The notes beneath the pieces are model-generated. The model worked only from the letters and a program-made list of their open reading frames with translations, was not told where the DNA came from and ran no database searches. Position numbers and translations under genes: made by a program. DNA of 64,000 bases from Flaccisagitta enflata. Lineage: Eukaryota. Position 1 is the stretch's first letter; each line of letters opens with the position of its first letter. The DNA is taken from positions 45,136,001-45,200,000 of the forward strand of contig OZ231126.1 in the NCBI GenBank assembly GCA_965153355.1, written 5' to 3'. This document shows positions 1 to 13,166 of the stretch, one piece after another.

Positions 1-171
1 TTTCATAAATTTCCACAACACTTTTTTTTTATAAGAACCGAGATTATAAGAACATTAGGCTTAAAATCCTCAAAAATTTAAGAACATGCTAAGAACATTG
101 AAAGGTTTTATTTCTTCAAAAATTTTACAACGTGCTTAGTGTATTAAAAATATTATTTTTCTATAAAGATA

Positions 172-410
172 AACAAGGCCAACACCCATAAGTCGCGTGC
201 GAGACTTACAGAATGACTTAGCATGACTTAGAATGACTTAGAATGACTTAGAATGACTTAGAATGACTTAGTATACTCTGAAATGACTTAAAATGAGTTA
301 AGGGAATAAAATTGATAAAAAAAATAAAAGTGTGACGGACCGACAGACCAACCGATCAACCGACGGACGGACGGACAAAGCGGGGTGTAGAGTTGCGTGC
401 ATGCAACTAA
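172..410 (-). mobile_element. HINE/DINE-1-like short element, family A
   Basis: Terminal palindrome, (GTCN)n microsatellite, internal GACTTAGAAT 10-mer array, GGCCTTGTT end; near-identical layouts at 6967-7382 and 29665-29861. Confidence 0.75.
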
Positions 411-997
411 AAGCTGGTAATAATTTTGTAAGTTTCGCCTATTTACACTATTTTTGATACCCTTTTTAAACATTTCGACATTTTCTTCAATTTTTTTTAG
501 AAGATAAACTCAAACCAATTAAGAACATTCTTAACAAAAAGTTAAAAACTGTTTGAACCAAAATTAATTCAAAAAAATTTAAATATTGAAACTACTTAAA
601 GATTAAGAACATTGAAAGCTTGCCCAAAAAGTGATGTTCTTATATAACAATGCCGGATACATGGCTACCCCAGTCGCGTGCGGGAGGGCAGGGGCAGTGC
701 GGGAGAAGGTCATAAGGGCATTTGGGCAGGAGCGGTAGGCTCAAAATGCTCAATGCCGAAAAAGTAAAAGGGGGACCGACCAACTAACTAAACGACCAAC
801 CGACCGACGAATAGACATAGCAGGTTGTGGAGTCGAGTAGCACGCGACTAAAAAAAGTGTACCTGGAGTATGGCACAAAGTGCTTGTGAATGGATAAATA
901 ATCATAAAATATTAGGGACTGACTCAGACGATTGATGGACAAATCCGCATAAGGGTACAGCCCATGCCCATACCCGCAGTAATCTTAGAAAGTAATA

Positions 998-1615
998 CAG
1001 TACCTTCCAAGCAAACCCGGCTAAAACTGGAGGATTAATTTTTGTTATTATAATATCATTTCCCAAACTTCTTTTTTTGTATCTAGCTTAATTAAAAAAT
1101 ACTTAATTCCTTGAACATATCTGGCTGTTTAAAAAAAAAACTTGTGAAATCAAAATGCATGAAGACATCAATATGGAGTGTTCTAACCCACATCATTAGA
1201 TTCAGCAGAAAATTGTACCTATCCTAGACTACCAGAACAGCTCAGTCAGATAATTATTTCAGATTTTATGGCCGTTTAAAGTTTTTAAGGACAATTGTCT
1301 TAAATTATTTTGAGACAATTGTCCCTAAAAACTTTAAATGGCTATAAAATTTGAAATAATTTTCTAACTGAGCTGTTTTTGTAGTCTAGGATAGGTAAAA
1401 TTTTCTGCTGAATGCAATGGTCTGGGTTAGAACACTCCATCTTGATGTCTTCATGCACTTTGATTTCACAAGTTACGGTTTTTAACAGCCAAATATGTTT
1501 AAGGAATTAAGTATCTTTTAATTAAGTTAGATACAAAAAATGAAATTTAGGAAATGAAATTAAAGTAACAAAAATTAATCCTCCAGTTTTAGCCTGGTTT
1601 GCTCGGAAGGTACTG
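998..1615. mobile_element. Palindromic (foldback) Tc1/mariner-type MITE
   Basis: CAGTACCTTCC...GGAAGGTACTG ends, TA on both sides; the two halves are inverted copies almost to the centre. Confidence 0.88.
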
Positions 1616-2079
1616 TACCTTGTTCTCTTTATGGATAGGGGGCACGATCTCAAGGCTACTCTGGAAGACCCATGTTGTAAAGAACTTCATTTAAAATTTG
1701 GTCAAGGCCACATGAAGCGCAAAACGACAGTGCAAAACAAAATTGGTAAGGTAAAATTGGCAATGAAAACTCGGAGACATTTACAGACAAAAACACACAC
1801 ACACACACACGCACACGCACACACACAAACACACCCCATAATTACCTTACAGTCACACAACGAACACACAACTAACACACACACAACAAAAACACAGAAC
1901 AAAGACACACAACAAAAACATACAAAACAAACACAAACAGAACAAACACAAACACAACAAACACAAACAGAACAAACACACACAGAACAAACACACACAG
2001 AACGAGCACACACAGAACGAGCACACACAGAACGAGCACACACAGAACGAGCACACACAGAACGAGCACACACAGAACG

Positions 2080-2138
<59 letters not shown>

Positions 2139-3384
2139 CGCAGTTGATTCGCGGTGATCTTTTCTCACCCAGGGGACGCCTGTTATAATTCTTTTGCTGT
2201 AAAAAACATTGGGCTTGTCAAAAAGTATGCCAGCCCATTCAACGTAACGCGACGCCCTTGATGGCTACACATACAGGTTCTAATTGAATGATTACTGTCC
2301 TATTGAAAAAAGGAAGTGATTATGAATAGCTTGGAGGGTTTCTCCATTCTTTGTCGGGGACAAGTAACTCTATAAGACTTTTTCTATCCGTTGGTCCATC
2401 AGTTGTTAGGATTGAGTTGAAAAGTGTGCTAAGTGTGTCAGATTTTAGCAAATCAGAAAGAAGGAGAGGAACAAAGACTGAACAGACGGAATATTGTAAT
2501 TACACCTTATTTTTCGCGTAATCCTTACATTGTTTACTGTCAATTCGTTAAAGTTTGCAATAAAAGTCTTGTCATTGAAATGTTTATTCCTCCATGTTAT
2601 TGCCTAATTATGAACTAGCAATGGATTAATAGATTGTCAGGTGTAGGGATTTGCCAGAGCAGCATGTATTTGTCGCTTTTATTTTGGCTGCTTTTCGTGA
2701 GATGATCGGTTTTGCTTAGTTAGCTAGTTATTCGCCGCGTCCTGAACTTAATAAGAATTCGCGATTTGGTTCAGGACACGGTAAAGGATAAAACCGATCT
2801 ACGTGTGTTTACAACCCGATCCAGGGACGTACAGGCCTTGGATTCTTATGTGTGTGTCCACAACTAAAAACAAATAACATGAAGTTCACCATGAAAAGGT
2901 GGGCAGGGTTGGAAATGTGTGTTTTGACCCTTTAACTTGAGTGTTATGGACCAATGAATGGGGGGATGGACAGAAAAAGCCTCTTACAGTCAGGACAAAA
3001 ATGATAAAAAAAGTGAAGAAATAGAATGAAAAAAAAAAGATGTAGGTCCCAAGGTAGGCTGTGAAGATCATCATGCAAATTTGTCACTAGACCTTTTTAT
3101 CTCTGTCCTTTAGACGTGCTTTGGCGCACATTTATAAAACAAGGCCAGATACACGCCCAATCGTAGTCACTGGCGGGTAGGCAGGGGCAGTAAGGGCACT
3201 GCCACGGCTATAAAGGGGCTGTAACGTGGCTGGGCAGGGACAGTTATGCTGAGAAATCATTCATTTCAAATTTTGCGTTACGTTCCATCCTTCCTAAGGA
3301 CACACCATCCTATAGAGTGGCTAAGGCAGCGACTAGAAAGAAAGACAAGGCGGGAAATCTGAAAATAAATTAGAAACAACATTT

Positions 3385-3851
3385 TTAGTCGTGCGCTACG
3401 CGACTCTTTACCCTGCTTTTTCCGTCCGTTGGTTGGTCGGTTGGTTGATAGGTCGGCCGGTTGGTTGGTCGGTCCCCTATTTACTTTTTTAGCGTTTTTG
3501 AGCGTTTTGACCTCTCTGCTCCTGCCCAAATGCTCTGGTGACTTTCTATCACTGCCCCTGCCCACCCGCATGCGACTATGGTGGAAGGTGGTGGTTATGG
3601 GTGGATAGAGTTGAAATAGGCCTAAGAGCTTGATAGGTGGTGTATTAGGGCCAGCGTGATGGCGGAAGGTGGTGGTTATGGGTGGATAGAGTTGAGATAG
3701 GCCTAAGAGCTTGATAGGTGGTATATTAGGGCCAGTGTGATGGTGGAAGGTAGTGGTTATGGGTGGATAGAGTTGAGATAGGCCTAAGAGCTTGATAGGT
3801 GGTGTATTAGGGCCAGTGTGCGACGAGGGTAGCCGAGTATCCAGCCTTGTT
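3385..3851 (+). mobile_element. HINE family A copy with three 81-bp tandem units
   Basis: Standard ends; units start at 3580, 3661 and 3742. Confidence 0.75.
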
Positions 3852-4117
3852 TTTATGTAAGTAAAAAATTCGACAATCATCAGTCGGGCAAAAAAGCAAC
3901 CTACATACCAATATTGTTCATTATTTTACAAAGGATCTATTTGTGTTTATCCAACGGTTGTATGTTCAGTGTGGGTGTGAACGAGGTTAGCGTGCCGCTA
4001 TTTAGTCTGTTGCTTTGTCATTGTCTGTGAAAAAGAATTGTCTTCCTCTCAGCACTTTTGAAAGAACATTCCTTTTACTTGAGATATAAAACTAATTGAC
4101 CGGAAGAAATATCAGTG

Positions 4118-4185
4118 TTTCACTAGCATGGTGGTAAGACGGTCGACTTCTTGTCCAAACGTCACGAGTTCAAACCTTGTCCACA
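4118..4185 (+). other. Degenerate tRNA-like sequence, possible SINE head
   Basis: A-box-like TAGCATGGTGG and B-box-like GAGTTCAAACC with tRNA spacing; no convincing cloverleaf. Confidence 0.35.
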
Positions 4186-7100
4186 TATACTTTTTATTTC
4201 GTTTGACCTGCGTCTTTTTCATTTTTTTTCTTTCAGCGCAAATATCTCTTATGTTGGGGGCGATGAAATAAATAGTTATAATTGAGCTAGAGGGTTGAAA
4301 TTTTGCATGTAGGTTCCCAAAGCCATAAGGAACAATTGGTCTGGCGGTTTTGATTTCTTAATTTTTTTCTCTGTCTTTCCTACGAACCTTAAATAATCCA
4401 GGCTTCTACATCGATTGTTCACTGAATCATTTGCCAAATTTCTAAAAAGACGGGTTCTTTTCCTTTTTGCCAAATCATCTATTAAATTGTTTCTTAACTC
4501 GGGTCTCGGGAGGGTGAGTCTTTCCGTTTGTTGCGTCTTCTTATTCATCGGGATCGAACGTTAAGCACAGATCAACAATTTACCTAACAGTCGCGTGTGG
4601 TGGGGCAGGGGCAGTAAACAGTTTTATGGTCAGATGATTGATTTTGCTCATGGCCGCCACCCCGTCTCCCCCCCCCCCCCCCGAAAAAAAGACATGGATA
4701 AAGATATTAGTTTTTGGTCTTCTTGTCTTTGGTCTAAGATGTAATCTTGGTCAATCGCTCCCTCCTACAACAATTTCTGCGAACACTAACTGTGAATCAT
4801 TAGAGATCTTGAATGATCATTTCCAAGACCATCAAAATTCTTACAATAACAATGCATGGACAAAATGCTACTGACTCACCTAATTGAAATGCATAATCCG
4901 ATTCAGTTTATTCTGGTTGACAGACATATTCGGAGTTAGCACGAGCACAAAAGTAGAACTTTCAATATTCAGGTTTTTGTAAAATCAAATTCTTAAATTT
5001 CTTTTCCCGTTGAAAAAATCCTTAGATTCTGTTCAGTAACTGCTTGTTGAAAAGATGGAATCTTATTCGGAATGATCATCCATATTTTGTCCAATGACTG
5101 TACAATAACAAAACGACATGTTCAGTGCACGTGCTCACGTCAATAAGAACACAAAGCGACTTGTTTGTCTCTGGCAAGTTTATGCATGAGAGCGTGGGGA
5201 GGGAGGATCACTTATTTGGATATCTTTTTTTCCACTTTGCCCACCTGCAAACGCAGAGCCTGCAAGTTGAGGATAAGTTACCGGGACAGAGTGGTCTCCT
5301 GTTACAGCAGAAGATTCGCCAACAGCGATTGTTTATTTGGTTTCCAGTTACAGCTGAGTAATCCTCAACAGCAAGTGTTTACATGGTTACCAGTATTCGC
5401 CAATGGCGAGTGTTTATTCAAGTGTTGAGTAAGGCAGGCCAGCGTCAGTCTCTGGAATTGTTCAAAAAATATTCTTTTAAGTCTTTTAAAAGTAAAAGTA
5501 TAAAAACAAAAATCGGATAATCGTGAAGTTGGAAAATGAAGATAAAAAGAAATTTTACTGTTGATGTAGTATCATAAAAGGACGCACCTTTTTAGCTCTT
5601 TTCAAGAAAGACAAGGTTAAAATTTTTTTAGAAATCTTTCATTACAGAGTCTAGACCGATCCCAGGTCTGTATCTTAAACAATTTAGAAGCAAGAGCCCT
5701 CAAAAGAAAAAGCCTAATTTGCTAAGATGCACCTTTTAAAGGGAGTGGTGTTTAAGTGATGTTTACATTCAACCATTAAAAAGTATGTTTTTTAGTCGCG
5801 GACACGCGACTCTACACCTTGCCGTGTCAGTCGGTCCGTCCGTCCGTCGGTCACATTTTTGAATTCCGAGCGGTTTTCGCATTACTGCTCCTGCCCGCGA
5901 CTGCACTGCCGTGTATCCGGCCTTGTTTTTAAGTCGCGTGCACGCGACTCTATGACCCGAAATGTCCGACAGTCAGTCAGTCGGTCGGTCGGTCAGTCGA
6001 TTGGATGGTAACACTTAGATTTTTGGGCATTAATGGACGGTTTTGACCGAGGTTCTTTTGAACACAGGGGTTTAATCCTACACATCGTCCTACCTTCCTT
6101 CCTTCCTTCCTTCCTTTCTTCCTTCCTTCCTTCCTTACTTTCTTCTTCCTTTCCTTCCCCCAGGACTGAGGCCCCAATCCAGTCCACTGAGGTCTGTAAT
6201 CTAAACTTGGAAGCCTAAAATCAGCCTTCACAGGCCTGAAATCAGCCCTCTCTGACCTAAAAACAGCGCTCTCAGGTCTGAAATCCGCTCTCATTAAATT
6301 GGAATCAGCTCTCAGCGAGGGTCATGAGGGCCTCACTGCTCTTAATAAGCCCTTATATGCCTAAAATCAGCTCTGACCTGGCAGTAATTAGCCCTCATGG
6401 GCCCAGTGCTCCTGTCCCGATCACTAAAGCCTGAAATCAAACCGCTGAGGCACGATCAGGCCCTTTCTATCCCACTTAGCTCCTCCCTGTATGTATGGAA
6501 AATCACCGCTATGTTCTTCAGGAGATCGGCCCTTTGGGGCTGCTACCCTGCTCGCACCTCACCTCGTCACGAGAACACCCCAAGCAGGGCATCCCTGGAT
6601 GAATTGTTTACAACTACCAATACCCACCCGCACACGACTTGGGTATCCGGCCTTGTTTTTTGTGGGTTATAGAGATGCGTGGATCATGACTATCGATAAT
6701 AGAAATTCGAGCAGAGAAGAGCTATAGGAAAGTAACAACGACCATCGTAAAAAATTGTCAAAGATATTCATCTATACATCGTCATATCTTAAGTATTTGC
6801 AGAAATTTGTGCCTCTGACGCAATTTATTTAACCACGTTCGAGCCAAATAAAGAGATGGAGAAGAGATGAATTGATACAGCGCTTTAGAAAAAATACAAG
6901 ATAACCCTTAATTCAGAATTCTATTTAGCATAATTTGAGTGGCTTACGTTTTAGATTTTTTTGGGCAACAAGGCCAACACCTATAAGTCGCGTGCGAGAC
7001 TTACATAATGACTTAGAATGACTTAGAATGACTTAGAATGACTAAGTATACTCTTTATTGACTTAGGGAAATAAAATTGATAAAAAAGCATAAGTGTGAC

Positions 7101-7788
7101 AGACCGACAGACGGACGGACAGACGGACAGACGGACAGACGGACGGACGGACGGACGGACGGATGGACGGATGGACGGACGGACGGACGAACGGATGGAC
7201 GGACGGACGGACGGACGGACGGACGGACGGACGGACGGACGGACGGACGGACGGACGGACGGACGGACGGATGGACGGACGGACGGACGGACGGATGGAC
7301 GGACGGACGGACGGACGGAGAGATGGACGGACGGATAGATGGGCGGACAAAGCGGGCTGTAGAGTCGCGTGCACGCGACTAAAAAACAGTTCTGAATCTG
7401 TTTCATGGTTCCCTGATATTGTTATGCCAAATGACCAAATAATCTAAATGTTCGGTTGGTCGGTTAATCGGTCCCTTTTTGGGCAGCGGCACACACAGCT
7501 TTCTTTTCTTCTTCTTCTTCTTCTTCTTCATCTTCTTCTTCTTCTTCTTCTTCTTCTTCTTCTTCTTCCTCTTTTTCTTTTTCTTTTTCTTCTTCTTCTT
7601 CTTCTTCTTCTTCTTCTTCTTCTTCTTCTTCTTCTTCTTCTTCTTCTACACTTAACAAAGATGCAAATTATATTCTTTGCCTAAGTGGGGTTCTTTCGGT
7701 TATTCATTCTGGCATTGCTCCATTTGTTCTTCATTGACCGTCAGGGTGTTCAGCCAAAATAGTCAAAGGCCCTTTTGACCAAAAAACG

Positions 7789-7903
7789 ATGGATATCTGG
7801 ACGGAATTGCAAGATTTCTGCTCGACCACGACTGCTCATGGATTTGTGAATTTCACGGGGAAAAGTAAGACGAAACGGCTTTTCTGGGGCATCATTTGTT
7901 TTG
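7789..7903 (+). CDS. DEG/ENaC (pickpocket-like) channel, coding exon 1
   Basis: MDIWTELQDFCSTTTAHGFVNF...KRLFWGIICF: conserved F-x-x-x-T-T-x-HG motif and start of TM1; donor G|GTAAG. Confidence 0.88.
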
Positions 7904-9646
7904 GTAAGCACGACGACGATTTCTAAACATCTCTAGCAGAATTCTCTGGATGCCATAAAATGGCAGCTGACACGTAATATGTCTGATGTGCCTGTTCAAG
8001 TCACTGAAGGATCATTTCAATAGAAGTTGGAAGGCTTAGCCTGGCATTAGGACTCACGGAAAGGTTTCCTGCTGAATATAACACCTGTAACACAATCATT
8101 GAAAAAAGATTTTGATGCTTCCATATCTAAACCAAGGCATTTGGACTGGAATGGATTTTACCATTTGTTAAAGCGTAAAGAGTAGATATATCATCGGGAA
8201 AAAAGTCGAAGTCAGTCTTCGACTTTTTGACATATTCGAGAGAAACAGGGTTTTCATTTTCTTATGCGGAAGTTGAGCATCTCCACCGACCGATTGGGGC
8301 CTCCAATGAAATTGATAGGGTAAGTAAATTTAATAATTCTCTTTCATTTGGCACCAAGCAGAATGCTCTACAACAAATATTTTTCGCGCTATGATTTTTT
8401 AAAGATTTATTTATAAAAATTGCGAATTGAATTTTTTTCGATTTTTTAAGATTTTGAGTAGGATCAAAAAAAGAGTGTATTTATGTTTGTTTGAGCATGC
8501 AAATACAAGAAAACATGTTTATGAGCATAGCTGCTCATCTGTGAGGGTGTTTTGGAGGATTCTAGCTCATTTTGCTCATTTTGCTCATTTTTTTTTTGTA
8601 TTTTAAATGTGATAAATGAATAGATATTTTGATACATGTTTAAGAAAGCAGATACAAAAAAGCATATCAGTGAGCATAACTGCTCATCTGTGAGGGTGTT
8701 TTTAAACATTTTAGCTCACTTAGCTCATTTAGCTCAGTTTTTTTTTATCTTTAATGGGATAAATAAATGTTTTGATGGGAGCATGTAAATACAAAAAAGC
8801 ATGTCAGTGAGCATAGCTGATTGTCTTGTTGAGTGATTTTGAGCATTTTAGCTCATCTAGCTCATTTGGCTGAGTCCTATTTTTCTCTGATTTTCAGTGC
8901 AATCAATACATACAATTGCTCTTGATTTGATCTAAAAGAACAAAAAATTTGCAGTGACTAAAGACAAAAGCTTGGTGAAAAGTGACCACAGGGCTGCAGA
9001 AAATTTTTTGCTTCCTACGAGCGCGATTTGCCCCTGTCTACTTTCCTTTTGAAGTGCGTAAAGTTTTTATATCATTTTGATTGTTAATTTTTAGTCGTGT
9101 GCACGTGACTTACAACCTGCTTTGTCCATCAGTGTGTCGGTTGGTCATGTTTTAGTTTTTTTAATGATTTTACTTTTTTGACCCCACTGCTCCTGCCCAA
9201 ATGGTCTAGTGACCTCAAATATGGCCGCTGCCCACCCACACACGACTTCGGTAGCCTTGTATCCGGCCTTGTTATCTAGTGATAGAAATGATAAATTGCA
9301 CTGGCATAGTACTTCTTTAAAGAAATGTCTTTTAAAATTTTTTCAATTTTTCAATACTTGAAAAAATAATCATTGCATTATTTTTCAACCTGATTTTTTC
9401 CACCTGATGCCAAGCTACTAATTTTCAGTCGCGGACACGCGACTTTACACCTTGCCATGTTGGTCGGTTTGTTGGTCTGTCGGTCTGTCGGTCCGTCGGT
9501 CTGTCAGTCCGTCAGATTTTTTAATTCTGGGCGGTTTTTGCATTACTGCTCCTGCCCAACCATCTGCCACTGTCCTGCCGTGTATCCGGCCTTGTTCTAT
9601 TAGCAAATTAGGACGGGTTCCATTCTTTTAAGTAAGAAACAAACAG

Positions 9647-9731
<85 letters not shown>

Positions 9732-11006
9732 CAGAGGCACACACACATGCACACATATGAACAAAAAGAATTTTGAAAAACGGGTGTCTTATACAGACAC
9801 ATAACTTGCTTGCTATTCTTTTTTCTTTTCCTTTTTTTTTCCTTTCAGATTTTTCTTCTTTTTCTTCAAAGACTTTTTTCTTCCCCTTCCTTTCCTTCCT
9901 GCTGGCCCAGCTTGCTTCCTACGAGCACCGCTCGCCTGCTCGGCCACTTTCTGCAGCCCTGAGTGACCAAAGCTTACGACTTTTTTCCTCACGGCGACAG
10001 CCGGCATTACTGGTAGATTGTGACAGGGTCCCCAATGAAATCAGCTCCAAAGTTACCAAATTAGACCCCTCATTTTCAAAAGCCTGTCTTTTCTGAAGAA
10101 AACCAGTTTCAGACATACGGATTGCGCCATTGCATAGCTTTTGAAAAGCCCTTCAATTTCGTCATGAATTTCAATCAGATTGAATAAAGGCAACATGGCA
10201 TGTAACATATGAAATGTAATGATAAAAATCAAAATTCGAGAACTATCGCCATCCTTTCAGGTGTAATTATTTGTTACTTAGGTCGTTTTAAACAATTGAA
10301 ACTGGTAAAATTAAAGATAAAATACATCCTCATATGTATAAACTGATTCAAATTTGACCCAATCAGTGTATGAAGCAGATAAAAGCTGACCAAATACTGT
10401 CTTTTTGAAGTTTTTTCAATAATTGTGTTACAGATGATAAACTATAGTGTTGACTAAGGAGGCCCTCTCACAGGTTCATCCTCGTAGTAGGTCCTAACAG
10501 GTCTCACAGAATTAGGCGGAAAAAGCTGATAACTCATGCTAAAAAGCATTGAAAATGTAAATATAATCAGTCCAAAAGATATATTATATGTTTATTTTAT
10601 TTACATACTGCAAAAAAAATGACAAAAAGAAAAAAAGAACGGCTACCTCCTTATAAATGTAATTATTGAAATTAGTTGAAGGTTGCCAAATCTGAGATTG
10701 ACACTTTTTGCTTATTGGTGATGCTCGACTTCACCATCGTTTCCTCAGCTGTTCACAACTTTCGCAGCCTTCTTTCTGTGTAACACACTCTCCTACACCA
10801 ATCCACTGCATTATGTGAGACCTGTTAGGACTACACAATTCAAGCAATCGGACGCAAAAAGATCCGGCGGCCTTGTAGAAATCCATGAACCGCGCTATTT
10901 CTCGGAAACAACTACAACCACAACCATTCCTCACCCTTTTAACGAAATACAAAGGTAAGGTATATTATCTGGTCCTAGTAATACTATTCATCTTTTCACG
11001 TGACAG

Positions 11007-11198
11007 CGGCATGGACATATGTCATGTATTTGACTGTTCAAATTTGTCTCAACTGGAAATCCGACCATACTGTCACTGATGTAAAGATCGTAAAGTTCAA
11101 CGAATCAAACGGTCCATGCTTGGTCTTTGTATTTTTCGATCTTTTAAACAAAGGCTTCCTGAACAAGTGCCCAAGCGATTGGAAGATATCTGACAAAG
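11007..11198 (+). CDS. DEG/ENaC channel, exon 2 (rest of TM1 and post-TM1 strand)
   Basis: CAG acceptor, phase matches exon 1; AAWTYVMYLTVQICLNWKSDHTVTDVKIVKFNESNGPCLVF; donor AG|GTGAG. Confidence 0.8.
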
Positions 11199-11234
11199 GT
11201 GAGATAATGTGGTGTCATAACATAACTCAGCTTT

Positions 11235-11441
11235 TTAGTCGCGTGCACGCGACTCTACAACCCGTTTTGTCCGTCGGTCGGTCGGTCGGTTGGTCGGTTG
11301 GTCGGTAGGTCGGTCACACTTTACTTTTTTTATGATTTTGTTTCTTTGACCTCACTGCTCCTGCCCAAATGATCTGGTGACCTCAAATATGGCCCCTGCC
11401 CACCCGCACGCGACTTCGGGAGCCGTGCATCCGGCCTTGTT
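11235..11441 (+). mobile_element. HINE family A, canonical copy in a DEG/ENaC intron
   Basis: TT-AGTCGCGTGCACGCGACT, (GGTC)n, core, 3' subTIR GCACGCGACT, GCCG...CGGC hairpin, TTGTT. Similar copies at about 646-851, 5791-5927, 9090-9273, 9426-9596, 27864-28071, 32934-33131, 34740-34891, 35528-35707, 56549-56704. Confidence 0.8.
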
Positions 11442-11715
11442 TTTTACCGGAAGCGCAAGAATTGATTCATATCAATCTCAAGAAATTATAGATTTGTATC
11501 TGTTGGAGACGGAATTCAGTTATAGACGGGTCCTCAACTCACGTATGGGTGGGCAAAGAAAGCGACATTGCAGGCCACTACATTTATACATGACAATTAT
11601 TCACAAGGATGCGTAGCAACCGTAGCAAGGAACGATAATCATTTGGTGAACAGACACATAGAAAAGAAAAACCGCTTTTGCCGCATCCACTGCCGCATCT
11701 GCTTCCATTTTGCAG

Positions 11716-11817
11716 TTTAAATACTAGTAGCTATCCTACCCACCAAATTGGAAGCGATCATCCCTACAGTACTTCCATGAAGTTTATAGGCAATGACCGA
11801 AATGCAAAAAAGAGCCC
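11716..11817 (+). CDS. DEG/ENaC channel, probable internal exon
   Basis: TTTTGCAG acceptor, open frame LNTSSYPTHQIG...KKSP, GTAAAT donor in phase with the 11896 acceptor. A further exon near 11450-11620 is needed for phase but could not be placed. Confidence 0.5.
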
Positions 11818-11895
11818 GTAAATGCTTGAAAAAGACACTTCAACTAAGATTGATAGCATTTCTCCTGCTAAAAAACTTTACCCTCTTTTAACCAG

Positions 11896-12781
11896 TAAAG
11901 TAATGATACTTGATCCAGGAACGCGTCTTAAGCCCAAGTGCCTCTTCCAGTTTGCCGCTTATCGAAGTCCTCCAGAATTCCTCACTCTGTGCGCCTACCA
12001 ACATTTCATGGGCATTAATTCGAGTTTCTCTAGTGACAGAAAACTGAATGTTGAATTTGGAAATGACTTGGATGGAGTTCTGATGTGGATATATCTTCAA
12101 AGCTCATGTGGCAGCCCATTTTTGGGGAAATACGTCGCGACCGTAACACCGAAAGACGTTTGGGTGACTATCATTATTCGTGGTAAGGAATTGATCATCG
12201 ATCGACAAGGAGAGCAAACCAGATATCCCGGACAGCTGCCCGCTTTATTTCGTTCAGCTCCCCCAGAAGATTACAGTAAGGACGTTTGTATCCATCTTTG
12301 TCAAAACCGTATCAATGTTGATTGGGAATCACATCGTGATTACAACTTGAGTACTTGCGAGATTGACCAACATGCTGATGTTAGCTTGACCAATCATGAA
12401 ATATGTTCAGCTGATGAGTGTCACGATGAAACAGCGTTTGCATCCATTGATTATTTCATGGAGTATCTGGCAGCTGATAGAACGAATCTTAATAAAACAA
12501 AACTACAGATTGCTGGTACGATGGGCAACAATTCCGATGTTTGGGTCAAGTCAGACTGCAGTTTTTACGCAGTGAAAAATATCAACATTGAGAAAAAGTT
12601 TGAAGAGTTTTTGGCGGAAATTGGGGGGAACTTTGGACTGCTTGCTGGGGCGTCTGTTTTGACCCTTATTGAAATTGGGGAATTTGTTTTTAAAATTTCC
12701 AAAATATTTTTTTTCCATGAACGTAAGTCAGTGAAGGCTAGCGTTCCGCAAACTCAACAGATTGGAGAACACATAGTCTAA
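11896..12781 (+). CDS. DEG/ENaC channel, terminal exon (extracellular domain and TM2)
   Basis: FLAEIGGNFGLLAGASVLTLIEIGEF is the TM2/GAS selectivity-filter motif; Cys-containing extracellular region; stop TAA; AATAAA near 12839. Confidence 0.9.
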
Positions 12782-13166
12782 CTTGAGTAAGCATATTACA
12801 CGGACTTTTATCCCAGGTCATAAAGGTCGGTTGAGTGGAATAAAGTGGCGTTTGGTGATTTTGCCCCACCAGAGGGGGGGGGGTGTTATTTGATGGATTG
12901 CGTGGGTAGGTTGAGTGGTGTACACTGTACAGTATGTTTTTTTTTAACTTTCTTGTAGCATTTACTTTGCAGATTTGTTACCTAAAAAAGAATAATACAT
13001 CACTTCTAAAATATAGGCCCTCGCGTCATTTGAAACAATTGAATCAAAGGGAAAATTTTTCAGATCATCAATTTCAAAGAGTCATCTTACATTTATGCTG
13101 TTCCTCCATGGATCAAGCCAAACATTCAGGAATGGTCTTGAATAAAGGGAAATTGATCATGGATAT

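Noticed and set aside
1639-1745. Possible exon (GHDLKATLEDPCCK...) ending at GTAAGG
   Set aside because: No partner exons or recognisable domain; the rest of the ORF is (CA)-type repeat.
5030-5430. Faint resemblance to a Penelope-like retroelement fragment
   Set aside because: Stops in all frames and no diagnostic RT or GIY-YIG motif.
8200-9060. Possible DNA transposon remnant with GCTCATTTAGCTCA repeats
   Set aside because: Termini and TSD could not be defined.
10749-10954. Exon-like open frame with GTAAG donor in the DEG/ENaC intron
   Set aside because: Exit phase is incompatible with the 11007 exon, which already continues TM1 correctly; no recognisable motif.
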